Position numbers and translations under genes: made by a program
The notes under the pieces: model-generated
What the model was told of the DNA's origin: nothing
Seen by the model: the letters and a program-made list of their open reading frames with translations, nothing else
Databases searched by the model: none
NCBI GenBank assembly: GCA_963717685.1
Contig: OY970346.1
Location: forward strand, 258,970 to 322,969
Direction of reading: 5' to 3'
Source: an uncultured Bacteroidales bacterium
GTDB taxonomy: Bacteria > Bacteroidota > Bacteroidia > Bacteroidales > VadinHA17
Length of the DNA stretch: 64,000 nt
Shown here: positions 1-9,514 of the stretch, piece after piece
Position numbering within the stretch: the stretch's first letter is position 1
How the letters are laid out: every line of letters begins with the position of its first letter

Positions 1-966
1 ACCTATAAATCCTATTGCAAATCTTTCATCATAAGCCATTGTCACGATAGCAGCCTTCCCGTATCGTGAAAGCCCCTCTATCCCCACCTTTGCCGCATCA
101 ACTGATTTATCCGTTTCAAAATAATCAAGGGCACGTTCTGCACCCCATGCCCAAGCCCTCAGCGCACCCCAGTCGTCCGGTTTTCTGGGGCCGCCCTTAT
201 TTACCAGCCCGATAATTCCGCTTCTGAGGCCGGCGCCATTATCCGCCTGGATGCTTGCAGGAATCAGTATTGCATAACCCCACCCTGCATCGAGGACCTG
301 CTGCTGCCAGGAAGGACCGGTAATACCCGGCAGTCTTGATTTGTCAGTCCGGGAATTGCTTACAGGAGGCTTCATTCCCGGAGGGAAGATAAAACCAAAT
401 TCCATAATCACCGGAACAGGCCCTTTGGCTCCTGCCGGCGTTGAAAGAGTAAGGTCAATGTTTACCGAAATGGAGGGAAAGGAGGAATTATCAACATGCC
501 CGGTAATATTTCTGGTAATAACCGGAATATTGCCAACCGTGTCATTCGTGACAGTCTGAACTACCCAGGTCACTTTCGGAACATTTGCAGGAACGCGTCC
601 ATAAATCTCCCTGTCGAAATATTCCCTGATTTCAGGGCTGCGCTTTTTCCACCATGTCTTTGCAGAAGTGACACGCTTCCCGTTATTCAGTACAAGCGGA
701 TCGGGAAGCGAAGTGTATTGAGCCGCTTTTGATTCGTCCCTGTTTGCAGCATTCGGAGCCGACGGGTCACCTGACGGACCGGGCCGTACAGAGGTGATCC
801 CCATCCTGTTGCACATATCCTTGTAATCTTGCTGTGTAAGGTTGCGTATACTGTCCTGAGTCTGCCTGGAAAACTGTCCAAACTGCCCGGACAGCACTGA
901 ACAGCATAAAAAGGCAAGAAAAATGAGACAATGCAGTCTCTTTATTTCTGAATGTTTGAATATCAT
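1..966 (-). CDS. Carbohydrate esterase family 15 (glucuronoyl esterase)-like protein, N-terminal ~322 aa; C-terminus lies beyond the window edge
   Basis: Absent from the ORF track because it runs off the window. My translation of the minus strand from ATG at 966 stays open to position 1. It reads MIFKHSEIKRLHCLIFLAFLCCSVLSGQ (signal peptide) ... LPDPLVLNNGKRVTSAKTWWKKRSPEIREYFDREIYGRVP ... GIEGLSRYGKAAIVTMAYDERFAIGFIG. The LPDP..G..V....W..R..EI...YG block and the G-x-S-R-x-G-K nucleophile motif are CE15 hallmarks. Track ORFs 341..559, 496..732 and 687..917 are out-of-frame shadows. Confidence 0.75.
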   Translation of the reverse strand, partial: MIFKHSEIKRLHCLIFLAFLCCSVLSGQFGQFSRQTQDSIRNLTQQDYKDMCNRMGITSVRPGPSGDPSAPNAANRDESKAAQYTSLPDPLVLNNGKRVTSAKTWWKKRSPEIREYFDREIYGRVPANVPKVTWVVQTVTNDTVGNIPVITRNITGHVDNSSFPSISVNIDLTLSTPAGAKGPVPVIMEFGFIFPPGMKPPVSNSRTDKSRLPGITGPSWQQQVLDAGWGYAILIPASIQADNGAGLRSGIIGLVNKGGPRKPDDWGALRAWAWGAERALDYFETDKSVDAAKVGIEGLSRYGKAAIVTMAYDERFAIGFIG

Positions 967-997
967 GTGAGTATGCTTTTGCAATTAGTTCTTATTA

Positions 998-3217
998 TCA
1001 AATGACCGTTATCATTTTCTTCAGGATCCCCGGCTCTTTTTCTCCTGCTTTATTTCCCGGCTGATGGCCGCCCACGTATATCTCAAATTTACCGGGCTTT
1101 ATTTTCCGCTGGTTATCATTATCGATAATTGAAAATGCATCCGGATTAAGTGTAAGATTTACACTTATTGTTTCACCGGGATCAAGATGTATCCTTTTGA
1201 ATGCTTTAAGTGCATGGACCGGGGCAGGAACATACGCGGCAAGATTGGACAGATAAACCTCAATCACCTCATCTCCCCCTCTCCTGCCTGTATTTTTGAC
1301 ATTAACGCTCAGCCTTACCGTATCGCCCTTGTTTACGGTTTCATTCACTTTAAGCCTCCTGTATTTGAATGTGGTGTAACTCAGACCAAACCCGAAGGGA
1401 AACAGAGGCTCACCGGTAAAGTACCTGTAGGTCCGGTTTTTCATGTTATAATCTTCGAACGGAGGCAGGTCATTGACCGATTTATAGAATGTTACAGGAA
1501 GCCGGCCCCCGGGATTATAATCGCCAAAAATGACATCAGCGAGAGCCTGCCCTGCAGCCTGTCCGTCGTACCATGTCTCAATTATCGCGGGTAGATTATC
1601 CTTCTCCCAGTCGACCGCCAGGGCGCTGCCGTTCAGAAGCACAAGAATGACAGGCTTCCCAAGGGCATAAATTTCTTTAATAAGATTTTCCTGCACATCA
1701 GGAAGATCGATCCTTGTTCTGTCGCCTCCTCTGAATCCGTCAATGTTTACTCTCATTTCCTCTCCTTCAAGGCGGGGAGTGATGCCCATGCACATTATTA
1801 TCACATCGGCTTTCCCGGCAACATCCATAGCTTCAGCTTTTAATTCTTCCAGAGTTTTATTATCAGACATCCCATCAACCCACGTGCATCCCCTCGCATA
1901 AAGAACCTGCGAAGCGCCTGCCACCTTTTCCCTTATGCCCCGCAGCGGGGTCACAGGATCGGAAGGAGTACCGTTATAGTTGCCAAGCAGAACAAATGAC
2001 TGGTCAGCGTTGGGACCGATCATTGCGATAGTGCCAATGTTCTTTTTAAGGGGAAGAATATTGCTCTTGTTTTTAAGCAGTACGATGGATTTCAGTGCAG
2101 CCTCCTTTGCGAGAGCCTTGTTCCTTTCGCAATCGACTACGCTGTATGGGATTTGGGTATATCTGACCATTCCAGGAGGATCGAACATGCCAAGCCTGAA
2201 TCGTGCAGTGAAAAGTCTTTTCACTGCAGTGTCGATTTCCTGAACTGAGATAAGATTTTTGTCAATGGACTCCTTCAGGTTCCTGTAAACCGAAGAGCAT
2301 TCAAGATCAGTTCCCGACCTGACGCCCAGGGCTGCGGCTTCAGCCGGAGTTGAAACAAATTTATGTCCTGTATAAATATCATTGATCGCACCGCAATCAG
2401 AGACTACATAACCTTCAAAACCCCATTCTGTACGAAGTATTCCATTTAAAAGACTGCTGTTCCCGCAGCAAGGCTCGCCCTTGTAACTGTTATATGCGCA
2501 CATTACGGAATATGCCTTGCCTTCCTTAATTCCCATTTCGAACTGTGGAAGATATGTATCCCTGAAATCCCTTTCATCAGTGACAGCATCGAATGAATGT
2601 CTTTCGGGTTCCGGACCGCTGTGAACTGCAAAATGCTTCAGGGTTGAAATTGTTTTGAAATATTTCGGGTCATTCCCCTGGAGTCCTCTTACGAACTGAA
2701 CGGCAAGCCTGCCTGTCAGATACGGGTCTTCTCCATAAGTCTCCTGTCCCCTTCCCCAGCGGGGATCCCTGAAAATATTGACATTCGGAGACCAGAATGT
2801 CAGACCCTGAAAAATCCCTCTTGAGCCATGCCTCTCGAACTCATGATGCTTTGCACGGGCCTCATCGGAAATAGCAGAGGCAACTCTGAAAATAAGATCC
2901 TCATCCCAGGTTGCACCAAGGCTGATAGACTGTGGAAAGACTGTTGCCAGCCCTGCTCTTGCCACTCCATGAAGGCATTCACTCCACCAGTTATAGGCAG
3001 GGATTCCAAGCCTGTCAATTGCCGGCGCTGCATTCATCATCTGGCTGATCTTCTCTTCAGTGGTCATCCTTCCGACAAGGTCATTTACACGCACAGCAAC
3101 CGGCAGGAACGGATTCTGAAACGGGTATTCATAAGTCTGCTGAGCAGATAGTTTTTCAATTACAAAGAATTGCATAAGGATCAATAATCCTGTTAAAATG
3201 TAATTTCTGGCCTTCAT
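998..3217 (-). CDS. Glycoside hydrolase family 3 (beta-glucosidase / beta-xylosidase type), secreted
   Basis: ORF 998..3250. The likely start is the internal Met at 3217 (MKARNYILTGLLILMQFFVIEKLSAQ signal peptide). GH3 blocks: SQMMNAAPAIDRLGIPAYNWWSECLHGV and GFEGYVVSDCGAI (nucleophile Asp region), plus a long C-terminal beta-sandwich region. Confidence 0.85.
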   Translation of the reverse strand: MKARNYILTGLLILMQFFVIEKLSAQQTYEYPFQNPFLPVAVRVNDLVGRMTTEEKISQMMNAAPAIDRLGIPAYNWWSECLHGVARAGLATVFPQSISLGATWDEDLIFRVASAISDEARAKHHEFERHGSRGIFQGLTFWSPNVNIFRDPRWGRGQETYGEDPYLTGRLAVQFVRGLQGNDPKYFKTISTLKHFAVHSGPEPERHSFDAVTDERDFRDTYLPQFEMGIKEGKAYSVMCAYNSYKGEPCCGNSSLLNGILRTEWGFEGYVVSDCGAINDIYTGHKFVSTPAEAAALGVRSGTDLECSSVYRNLKESIDKNLISVQEIDTAVKRLFTARFRLGMFDPPGMVRYTQIPYSVVDCERNKALAKEAALKSIVLLKNKSNILPLKKNIGTIAMIGPNADQSFVLLGNYNGTPSDPVTPLRGIREKVAGASQVLYARGCTWVDGMSDNKTLEELKAEAMDVAGKADVIIMCMGITPRLEGEEMRVNIDGFRGGDRTRIDLPDVQENLIKEIYALGKPVILVLLNGSALAVDWEKDNLPAIIETWYDGQAAGQALADVIFGDYNPGGRLPVTFYKSVNDLPPFEDYNMKNRTYRYFTGEPLFPFGFGLSYTTFKYRRLKVNETVNKGDTVRLSVNVKNTGRRGGDEVIEVYLSNLAAYVPAPVHALKAFKRIHLDPGETISVNLTLNPDAFSIIDNDNQRKIKPGKFEIYVGGHQPGNKAGEKEPGILKKMITVI

Positions 3218-3282
3218 ATTGGTTATTTGATTTGAGTTTGACCCACCCATGCCTCCTCACATGAGGGGAACTTTTTGGTTTT

Positions 3283-3400
3283 CCGGTAGCTTTGCCAGAC
3301 GTCTTCGTCGGCCATAGGTCAACTCCGACGACCGGAGGCCGAAGCTTTAGCGAAGTCTGGCCGGAAGCCGCGAGCCGGTAGCCGTTCAGCCCTTACGCGT
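3283..3400. repeat. GC-rich imperfect-palindrome intergenic element (between the activation-domain gene and GH3)
   Basis: An island much more GC-rich than its flanks: CCGGTAGC...GCCAGACGTCTTCGTCGGCC...CCGACGACCGGAGGCCGAAG...CGAAGTCTGGCCGGAAGCCGCGAGCCGGTAGCC. Nested inverted repeats are GCCAGAC/GTCTGGC, CGTCGG/CCGACG and CTTCG/CGAAG. CCGGTAGC occurs as a direct repeat at both ends. It shares the 11-mer CTTCGTCGGCC with the element at 35806-35915. Confidence 0.6.
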
Positions 3401-3416
3401 TTGCACCCTTTTGCCT

Positions 3417-4106
3417 TTATGTCTTCCTGCTGTAAATGCAATTCTCCATATCGCATAAATTGCATGAATATGGCAGCCGCTTGACATTTACGCCGATACC
3501 TACCATGCCGCTGACTGATTTTTCAGGAATCATCAATGCTGAAGGTGTCAGCCTGATGCCGCAATAATTATCAGACATAAGCTGAAATAATTTTTGCTGT
3601 TCAGCGACATCCCATCCGCAGTAACCGGGACTGAAGCGGTTCGTTATCTTCCTTCCCAGGGCACCCATATCTTTTTCAAGCTCATTCTGCATAATATCTG
3701 CTGCCGTTTCGACGATCTCGGTTCCTGTAACGTCATAAATATAGCCTTCCAGCAAATCGCCATTTTTCATTGCCATTCTGCTTCTGACGCCTATCCCCTC
3801 ACCGGCAGTGCACAGGAATAGAGCCGCTGAAGTCGATTTTCTGACCTGGCCATAAATAACCTTTTTGACATCAAATTTCAGGTCGTTTATAGCAACCGTT
3901 TTCGCGTCATAATCGAAATTTATATTCTCAAAGATCCTGTATTCCGCCTTTATTTTGCAAATAGCCTTCGCTTCTCCAATTATTTTACCAATAAGGCCGG
4001 CTATTATTTCAAGTGATTCTCCCTGTTTATAACCAAGTATTTTTTCAATATGTGACACACTGATATTAAGTTCATCGAAGTTATATTGAAATGTTTTATA
4101 AATCAT
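3417..4106 (-). CDS. Methionine-synthase-type (MetH C-terminal) reactivation/activation domain protein, stand-alone
   Basis: 229 aa. FSPGYCGWDVAEQQKLFQLMSDNYCGIRLTPSALMIPEKSVSGMVGIG aligns by eye with the MetH activation-domain block (PGYPACPEHTEK...LTESFAMWPGASVSG). Confidence 0.6.
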   Translation of the reverse strand: MIYKTFQYNFDELNISVSHIEKILGYKQGESLEIIAGLIGKIIGEAKAICKIKAEYRIFENINFDYDAKTVAINDLKFDVKKVIYGQVRKSTSAALFLCTAGEGIGVRSRMAMKNGDLLEGYIYDVTGTEIVETAADIMQNELEKDMGALGRKITNRFSPGYCGWDVAEQQKLFQLMSDNYCGIRLTPSALMIPEKSVSGMVGIGVNVKRLPYSCNLCDMENCIYSRKT

Positions 4107-4382
4107 TTTATTGAATGATGGTATTAAATTTCTTCTGTTCTGACCCTGAATTCCCTAAGGAGATTTAAAGCAGTTCCGGGTACAGGGGCTGTTGAAAAAG
4201 TTGAATGGTTTGATTATTTTCCTTTTTGTAACTTTTGTGGTGCTTTGTGATTCAATAATTTAACGTGAGTTTGATATAAAAACAAATTACTTGACCTTGT
4301 GTTACTTGGCGACATTGTGCCTTGGTGGCAGAGGGTGTTTAGCCACCAGGACTCCAAGACACGAAGGATAACGAATGATTTT

Positions 4383-5828
4383 TCAACGGCCCCATAATCC
4401 TGATTCTGTAACAATCCTCTGAACAATTGCTTCCCATCCCATCGTCATTAAATGGATGCCGTTTATCCCTTTTTTGTTTTTCAACTTTTCAATGATCTCC
4501 AGGACAATTTTAACACCTTCCTCGGGGGCACCGTCGCCCGCCTTTTCAAGTCTTTCAAGCATTTTTTCAGGCAGAGTGACCCCCGGAACCTTATAATGCA
4601 GATACTGAGCTATTTTATAGCTCTTTACAGGGGCAACACCTACGAGTATAAAGACTTTGCTCAGAACATTTCTTTTGTCAAGCTCTTCAAGCCAGGGATC
4701 CAGTCTTTCAGGTTCAAATATAAGATTTGTTTGAAAAAACTGAGCGCCAGCATTCACTTTCTTCTGATCTTTAATTGCCTGCAGGACGGGGTCAAGTGCA
4801 AACGGAGCAGTTGCCGCTCCGAGGAAAAATGAAGGAGGATTCTTTATCTTTCTGCCATCGAGGTAAATGCCTTCATCCCTCATTTTCCTGAGGATCCACA
4901 GCATCTGTACAGAGTCGATATCAACGAAATTCATATTGCTTATGGGCGATAAGCCTATCACCGGATTATCGCCAGTAACGCATAGCACGTTTTTTATCCC
5001 CATGCTGTTTATTCCGATAACGGAAGACTGTAATCCTGTTCTCGTAGTATCGCGGGCTGCAATCTGCAATACGGGCTCTGCTCCGCAATCCAATGCTGTC
5101 ATACAGCATGCCAGGCTCGACATCCTGGGATGTGCGGAGGATGAATCAGTGAAGTTAATGGCATTGACCCATGGTTTTACAAGCTCTATATCATTGCGCA
5201 GCTTTGAAGTGCCTGAACCCAGAGGCGGAGTTATTTCCGTCGCGATCACGAATCTGCCTGAAAGCAGTTTTTCTTCAAATGATGATGCGGGAGGACGGTA
5301 CCTGGGAGGATGATATTCAGAATCCCCGTTCCACCAGTCAGGCTGCCTTACTGTCCTGAATACGCTTTCCCAGACTTCGTTTTTTTTCTTCTTATCCCCT
5401 GATATGATGCCTTTTATGAACCTGCCGGTCCCTGTTTTCCTTACCTGGCTCAGCACACCGGCCCATGTTTCTGTACCTGTCTTGCTCCAATCGAGCGGAG
5501 GAAGGACCTCCAGAAGCCTTTCTTCCCTGCCGGTTCTCAGTGATCTTGTATAAATCGCATTCCAGATGCAGTTCCTTGTTTCATCGACGTAGCATTTTTT
5601 TGCCGGAGTGATCCCACCGCACGGTCCGTTTCTCATTCCTTTCGGACATTCCATCGGACAAATAAATGCAGTTTCCTGGAGCAGGCAATTGCCACACATC
5701 CTGCAACCGAATAAAGGGCCTTTTATTAAAAGTTCGGTTCTTTCGAGAAGCCTGCGAGAAAACTTTTCCTTCCTGAACGGGAAGAATGCCGGCTGCCATC
5801 TGCGGGCTGGTTTAATGCCTGACATCAA
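4383..5828 (-). CDS. metF: Fused MetV-like Cys-rich domain + 5,10-methylenetetrahydrofolate reductase (MetF)
   Basis: 481 aa. The N-terminus CRMCGNCLLQETAFICPMECPKGMRNGPCGG is the Cys-rich MTHFR_C/MetV-type module. The remainder is MTHFR-like (FVIATEITPPLGSG..., NAINFTDSSSAHPRMSS, LCVTGDNP, GAQFFQTNLIF). Confidence 0.7.
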   Translation of the reverse strand: MMSGIKPARRWQPAFFPFRKEKFSRRLLERTELLIKGPLFGCRMCGNCLLQETAFICPMECPKGMRNGPCGGITPAKKCYVDETRNCIWNAIYTRSLRTGREERLLEVLPPLDWSKTGTETWAGVLSQVRKTGTGRFIKGIISGDKKKKNEVWESVFRTVRQPDWWNGDSEYHPPRYRPPASSFEEKLLSGRFVIATEITPPLGSGTSKLRNDIELVKPWVNAINFTDSSSAHPRMSSLACCMTALDCGAEPVLQIAARDTTRTGLQSSVIGINSMGIKNVLCVTGDNPVIGLSPISNMNFVDIDSVQMLWILRKMRDEGIYLDGRKIKNPPSFFLGAATAPFALDPVLQAIKDQKKVNAGAQFFQTNLIFEPERLDPWLEELDKRNVLSKVFILVGVAPVKSYKIAQYLHYKVPGVTLPEKMLERLEKAGDGAPEEGVKIVLEIIEKLKNKKGINGIHLMTMGWEAIVQRIVTESGLWGR

Positions 5829-5859
5829 CTGGATTTATTTAATTGGTAACAAAAAACAA

Positions 5860-6699
5860 TCACTGACGGCTCTGGAAATATCCGACAAACCTTACGGCAA
5901 ATTCGTCTCTTCCCAACACCAGGTCTGTAGCACGGACCATTGAAGTTATCTTTTCAGGGTTTGCAATGGGGCATGTCAGTCCGTTATGAATTGACAGGGC
6001 AATAAAAGCTGCGTTAAGGGATTCCCTGTCGGGCAATCCGAATGAGATGTTGCTTGCCCCCAGAGTAATATTATGACCAAGCTTTTCATGTACAAGGCGT
6101 ATTGTCTCGAGGGTTACAAGGCATGCCCTGGAGTCAGCGCTTACGGCCATTGCTAACGGATCGATAATCACATCTTCGGCCTTTATCCCCGTCCTGACAG
6201 CCCTGTTGATTATTCTTTCAGCAATCGCCAGTCTTTTTTCGGAATCGCTGGTTATGCCGGTTTCATCCATGCACAGTCCGATTATGGCTGCTCCATGGTC
6301 CCTTGCTACAGGAATAAATGCATCAAGGGATTTCTCTTCCCCGTCGACCGAATTTATGAGGCACTTCCCTAAAGCAACTTTCAGAGCGGAATCAATTGCC
6401 TTTGGATTGGGCGAATCGAGGCAAAGAGGCACATCAAAATGCTGTTGCAGGACCCTGACCACCTCAGGCAGCAGCTTTACATCATCTACACCAGGGTATC
6501 CGACATTGACATCAAGAGTATCCGCTCCGGCCTTTATCTGGCTTTCAGCAAGCTCCAAGACGAATTCAAAGTTGCCCTCCTGCAGGCCTGAAACCAGCTT
6601 TTTTCTGCGAGTGGGATTAATGCTTTCACCTATGATGATAACGGGGCCGTCAGTATCAATTACGACTTCCCCCTTTTTCCCGGCAAGAATAGTTCTCAT
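5860..6699 (-). CDS. Pterin-binding (methyl-THF:corrinoid) methyltransferase, MetH pterin domain / AcsE-like
   Basis: 279 aa. IIIGESINPTRRKKL...AGADTLDVNVG...LCLDSPN...LINSV...ISFGLP is the pattern of the dihydropteroate-synthase-like pterin-binding TIM barrel. It lies 14 nt downstream of the corrinoid protein gene and 31 nt upstream of metF. Confidence 0.7.
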   Translation of the reverse strand: MRTILAGKKGEVVIDTDGPVIIIGESINPTRRKKLVSGLQEGNFEFVLELAESQIKAGADTLDVNVGYPGVDDVKLLPEVVRVLQQHFDVPLCLDSPNPKAIDSALKVALGKCLINSVDGEEKSLDAFIPVARDHGAAIIGLCMDETGITSDSEKRLAIAERIINRAVRTGIKAEDVIIDPLAMAVSADSRACLVTLETIRLVHEKLGHNITLGASNISFGLPDRESLNAAFIALSIHNGLTCPIANPEKITSMVRATDLVLGRDEFAVRFVGYFQSRQ

Positions 6700-6713
6700 T
6701 AAATATTTTTCTG

Positions 6714-7382
6714 CTAAGATACGAGATGATTTAAATAGTTTACTGCACCCTGCGGGTCGGGTGAGTAAAAATCAGCTCCTATCAACCGGCAGAAGTCCAT
6801 GGTAACGGGAGCTCCGCCGACCAGAATTTTTGAATCGGGATAGTCCTCCCTGATTTCGGCGACTGTTTTCTTCATGTTTTCCATGGTTGTTGTAAGCAGA
6901 GCGGAAAGCCCTGTTACAGCTCCCGGATTTTCATTGATCGCCCTGATGAATTTATCCGCGCTCACGTCGACCCCGAGGTCAATGACCTCCCATCCGCCTC
7001 CTTCAACCATCATCGCTACGAGATTCTTTCCTATGTCATGAAGATCGCCCGAAACGGTTCCGATAATAAATTTTCCTTTACGCTTTGTTTCCCCCGACTG
7101 GAAAAAAGGCTTAAGGTGCTTCATTGCGCTGCTCATTGCCTTTGCAGCCATAAGCATCTGCGGTACATATATCTCCTTCCTGCTGAATTTATTCCCTACA
7201 GCAGCCATAGCAGGTATCAAAGCATCCTCAAGAATCTTATCCGGGCCAATGCCCTGTTCGAGAGCAATCTTTGCGATCTCATCAGCTCCATCCTCTCCCC
7301 TCATTTCAGGCGGGTAAGGCGAGATCCTGTCAATCTTGCCGAACTCCACGCAACTTGAAAGCAACTGAAGAATTTCACTCAT
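6714..7382 (-). CDS. Cobalamin-binding corrinoid protein (B12-binding cap + Rossmann domain)
   Basis: 222 aa. It carries the canonical DxHxxG...SxL...GG signature: GTVSGDLHDIGKNLV, GLSALLTTT and LVGGAPV. Confidence 0.8.
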   Translation of the reverse strand: MSEILQLLSSCVEFGKIDRISPYPPEMRGEDGADEIAKIALEQGIGPDKILEDALIPAMAAVGNKFSRKEIYVPQMLMAAKAMSSAMKHLKPFFQSGETKRKGKFIIGTVSGDLHDIGKNLVAMMVEGGGWEVIDLGVDVSADKFIRAINENPGAVTGLSALLTTTMENMKKTVAEIREDYPDSKILVGGAPVTMDFCRLIGADFYSPDPQGAVNYLNHLVS

Positions 7383-7460
7383 AAAGATTCATTGTACTTA
7401 AGATGATTATCACTCCGGCAGGAACCGGAGCTGACATTCCCTCTAAATAAGGTAATAGAA

Positions 7461-7502
7461 GAGAACTGAGGATTAATTTCGGGGATTAAAACCTCAGTTC
7501 TC
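7461..7502 (-). terminator. 11-bp stem hairpin between susD stop and the corrinoid gene start (possible attenuator/terminator)
   Basis: GAGAACTGAGG (7461-7471) pairs with CCTCAGTTCTC (7492-7502) across a 20-nt loop. The downstream U-run on the minus strand is weak, so termination efficiency is uncertain. Confidence 0.3.
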
Positions 7503-7534
7503 AAACCTAACCTAAATAACCGTATTCAAACTAC

Positions 7535-9502
7535 TTAATATCCCGGGTTCTGGTATGTTGCTTTAAGTGTGTCGGTCTCTTCCATGCCATTTAGCTGGCC
7601 TATCGGAATAGGACGCAGATAGAGATGCGGATCGATAGTACGGGTATAGGTCACCATATTATGATCTCCCCATGTTTTTCCGCAGATCCGGTAAGTGGTA
7701 GCGATCTGTGACCATGTCTGTGTGCGTACCAGGTCGAACCACCTGTAGCCTTCACCAAAATACTCGCGTGAACGTTCAGCAAGAATATAGTTAATGTCTA
7801 TGGTAGCAGGTGTGGCAGCTATCATAGCTGCACTGTTGTTCTGAACCAGGGCAACATTTCCTCCGTTACTCCATTTCCACATTCCGGCACGTGCACGTAT
7901 GATATTTATCAATCCATATGCAGTTCCGTCATTTGCATAGGTTCCTGTCACAGCTTGAGTGGATGCTCCCTGCACAGCTGCCTCAGCCGCGATAAAGAAT
8001 AATTCCGAGAATTTGGCAATGTTGAAAGGACGTGTACTGCCGGCATTGGGATTCCCCACTCCTGTGCCATTATCGGTACGGTATTCGCCAAGCTTCCAGA
8101 GACCAGGATACATTATCCTGCTAATGCCATATGGCGATACTACAAAAGATCCGTAATTGGGCAGTACACCTGCTCCTACATTACTTTTATATACCGAATT
8201 GGAGTAATCAATGGAATCAGCCGGATCAGAAGGCAGGAAAGTCAGGATTGAATCACCAGGTAGTTTCTGTATATTATTCCCGTTGTACACAAACGCATTT
8301 TTTAAACCACCCAAAGGCCAGTTGGCACGATAAACAGTTGTAAAAGTGCCATCGTACCGTGAGTCATTGGTCTTATCGGCAAAAGTATTTATAAATACGT
8401 CAATAGGTGGTGCCATACGAGTCCATGGTCTTCCCAGGCTCTGTACTGATACGCGCTGAACTGAGCTAATGACCGAACTCCATGTTGGCGTTGTGCCACT
8501 TCTGATCGTTGTATAGTTCCACTGCCCCATCCAGCCCGCAAAATTATCAGGAGCTGCGCCGGAGCCATAAGTAAGGCTGCTTACATTATATAACGCGCTT
8601 GACTGTGTATGGTCGGAATATAGCATACATTCCATATTATAGTCGTTTGCTCCATTATTGACGTCATAGAATGTCGGTTGTAACTTATAAGGACCCGGAT
8701 TTTCAATGGCAGCCACAGCCACGTTGTATGCCTGCTGATAATACCACTGGGCGCTTTGACTGTTAGGGTCGGTCCTGTTGCACACAGGATAGGTAGGAAT
8801 ACTGTTTGGATTTTGGAGCCACCAGGCGTATGTAAGATAAGCTTTTGCCAGGAATAGCTGTGCAACCGTTTTGGTTACACCACCTGTTACACGCGGGTTA
8901 ACCGGCAAATACATTATCGCTGTATCCAGGTCAGGGAATATACATTGTGTATAGACCTCCGGAACAGTATTGCGCGTCGAAGTTCTTATAGGAGTGGTAT
9001 TGAATTTCAGCACTCCTCCACCCAAATCCAGGGGCACTCCGCCGAAAACCTGCACCAGCTGGAAGTAATCAAATGCACGGAAGAACCTGGCTTCAGCAAT
9101 CAATGCATTGGAAACTCCTGCTGATGAACCAAACTGGATTACACCGCTGCAGGTATTGATATTTGGGAATGTGGCTCCCCATAAAACATCTGAACGGTCT
9201 GTTTGGTTAGTAGTCAAGCCAGGCGTGTCTTCGTCTGCATCAAGAAAGTTTGCGTCTGCGCTCTGACCCCATGTATATTCATCGGTCCCGGTTTCGCAGA
9301 AGCCATAGTAATAGGCTTGTCCGTATATGTTGCGCAAGTGATTGTACGCAGCCGTGACCCCGCCTAAAACACCAAGCTGGGTTTTGAAGAAATCCGGTTC
9401 GATAATACTGCGTGGCTTTTCATCCAGAATCTTAGAGCACGCAACCAGGAACGACACCAATAAGGCTGTTCCTATAAATGTTTTTATATTTATACGTCTC
9501 AT
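7535..9502 (-). CDS. SusD/RagB-family nutrient-binding outer-membrane lipoprotein
   Basis: 655 aa. It has a lipoprotein signal (LLVSFLVACSK) and the typical SusD C-terminal block (ERSREYFGEGYRWFDLVR). It lies 12 nt downstream of the SusC-like gene. Confidence 0.85.
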   Translation of the reverse strand: MRRINIKTFIGTALLVSFLVACSKILDEKPRSIIEPDFFKTQLGVLGGVTAAYNHLRNIYGQAYYYGFCETGTDEYTWGQSADANFLDADEDTPGLTTNQTDRSDVLWGATFPNINTCSGVIQFGSSAGVSNALIAEARFFRAFDYFQLVQVFGGVPLDLGGGVLKFNTTPIRTSTRNTVPEVYTQCIFPDLDTAIMYLPVNPRVTGGVTKTVAQLFLAKAYLTYAWWLQNPNSIPTYPVCNRTDPNSQSAQWYYQQAYNVAVAAIENPGPYKLQPTFYDVNNGANDYNMECMLYSDHTQSSALYNVSSLTYGSGAAPDNFAGWMGQWNYTTIRSGTTPTWSSVISSVQRVSVQSLGRPWTRMAPPIDVFINTFADKTNDSRYDGTFTTVYRANWPLGGLKNAFVYNGNNIQKLPGDSILTFLPSDPADSIDYSNSVYKSNVGAGVLPNYGSFVVSPYGISRIMYPGLWKLGEYRTDNGTGVGNPNAGSTRPFNIAKFSELFFIAAEAAVQGASTQAVTGTYANDGTAYGLINIIRARAGMWKWSNGGNVALVQNNSAAMIAATPATIDINYILAERSREYFGEGYRWFDLVRTQTWSQIATTYRICGKTWGDHNMVTYTRTIDPHLYLRPIPIGQLNGMEETDTLKATYQNPGY

Positions 9503-9514
9503 ATCTATTCTCTT

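Noticed and set aside
4214-4426. 70-aa minus ORF in the gap between metF and the activation-domain gene
   Set aside because: It overlaps the metF 3' end and spans a GC hairpin element. It has no start context or motif.
7383-7534. Cobalamin riboswitch upstream of the corrinoid protein gene
   Set aside because: The gap is only about 150 nt and contains two simple hairpins (7413-7432 and 7461-7502) but no B12-box-like core.
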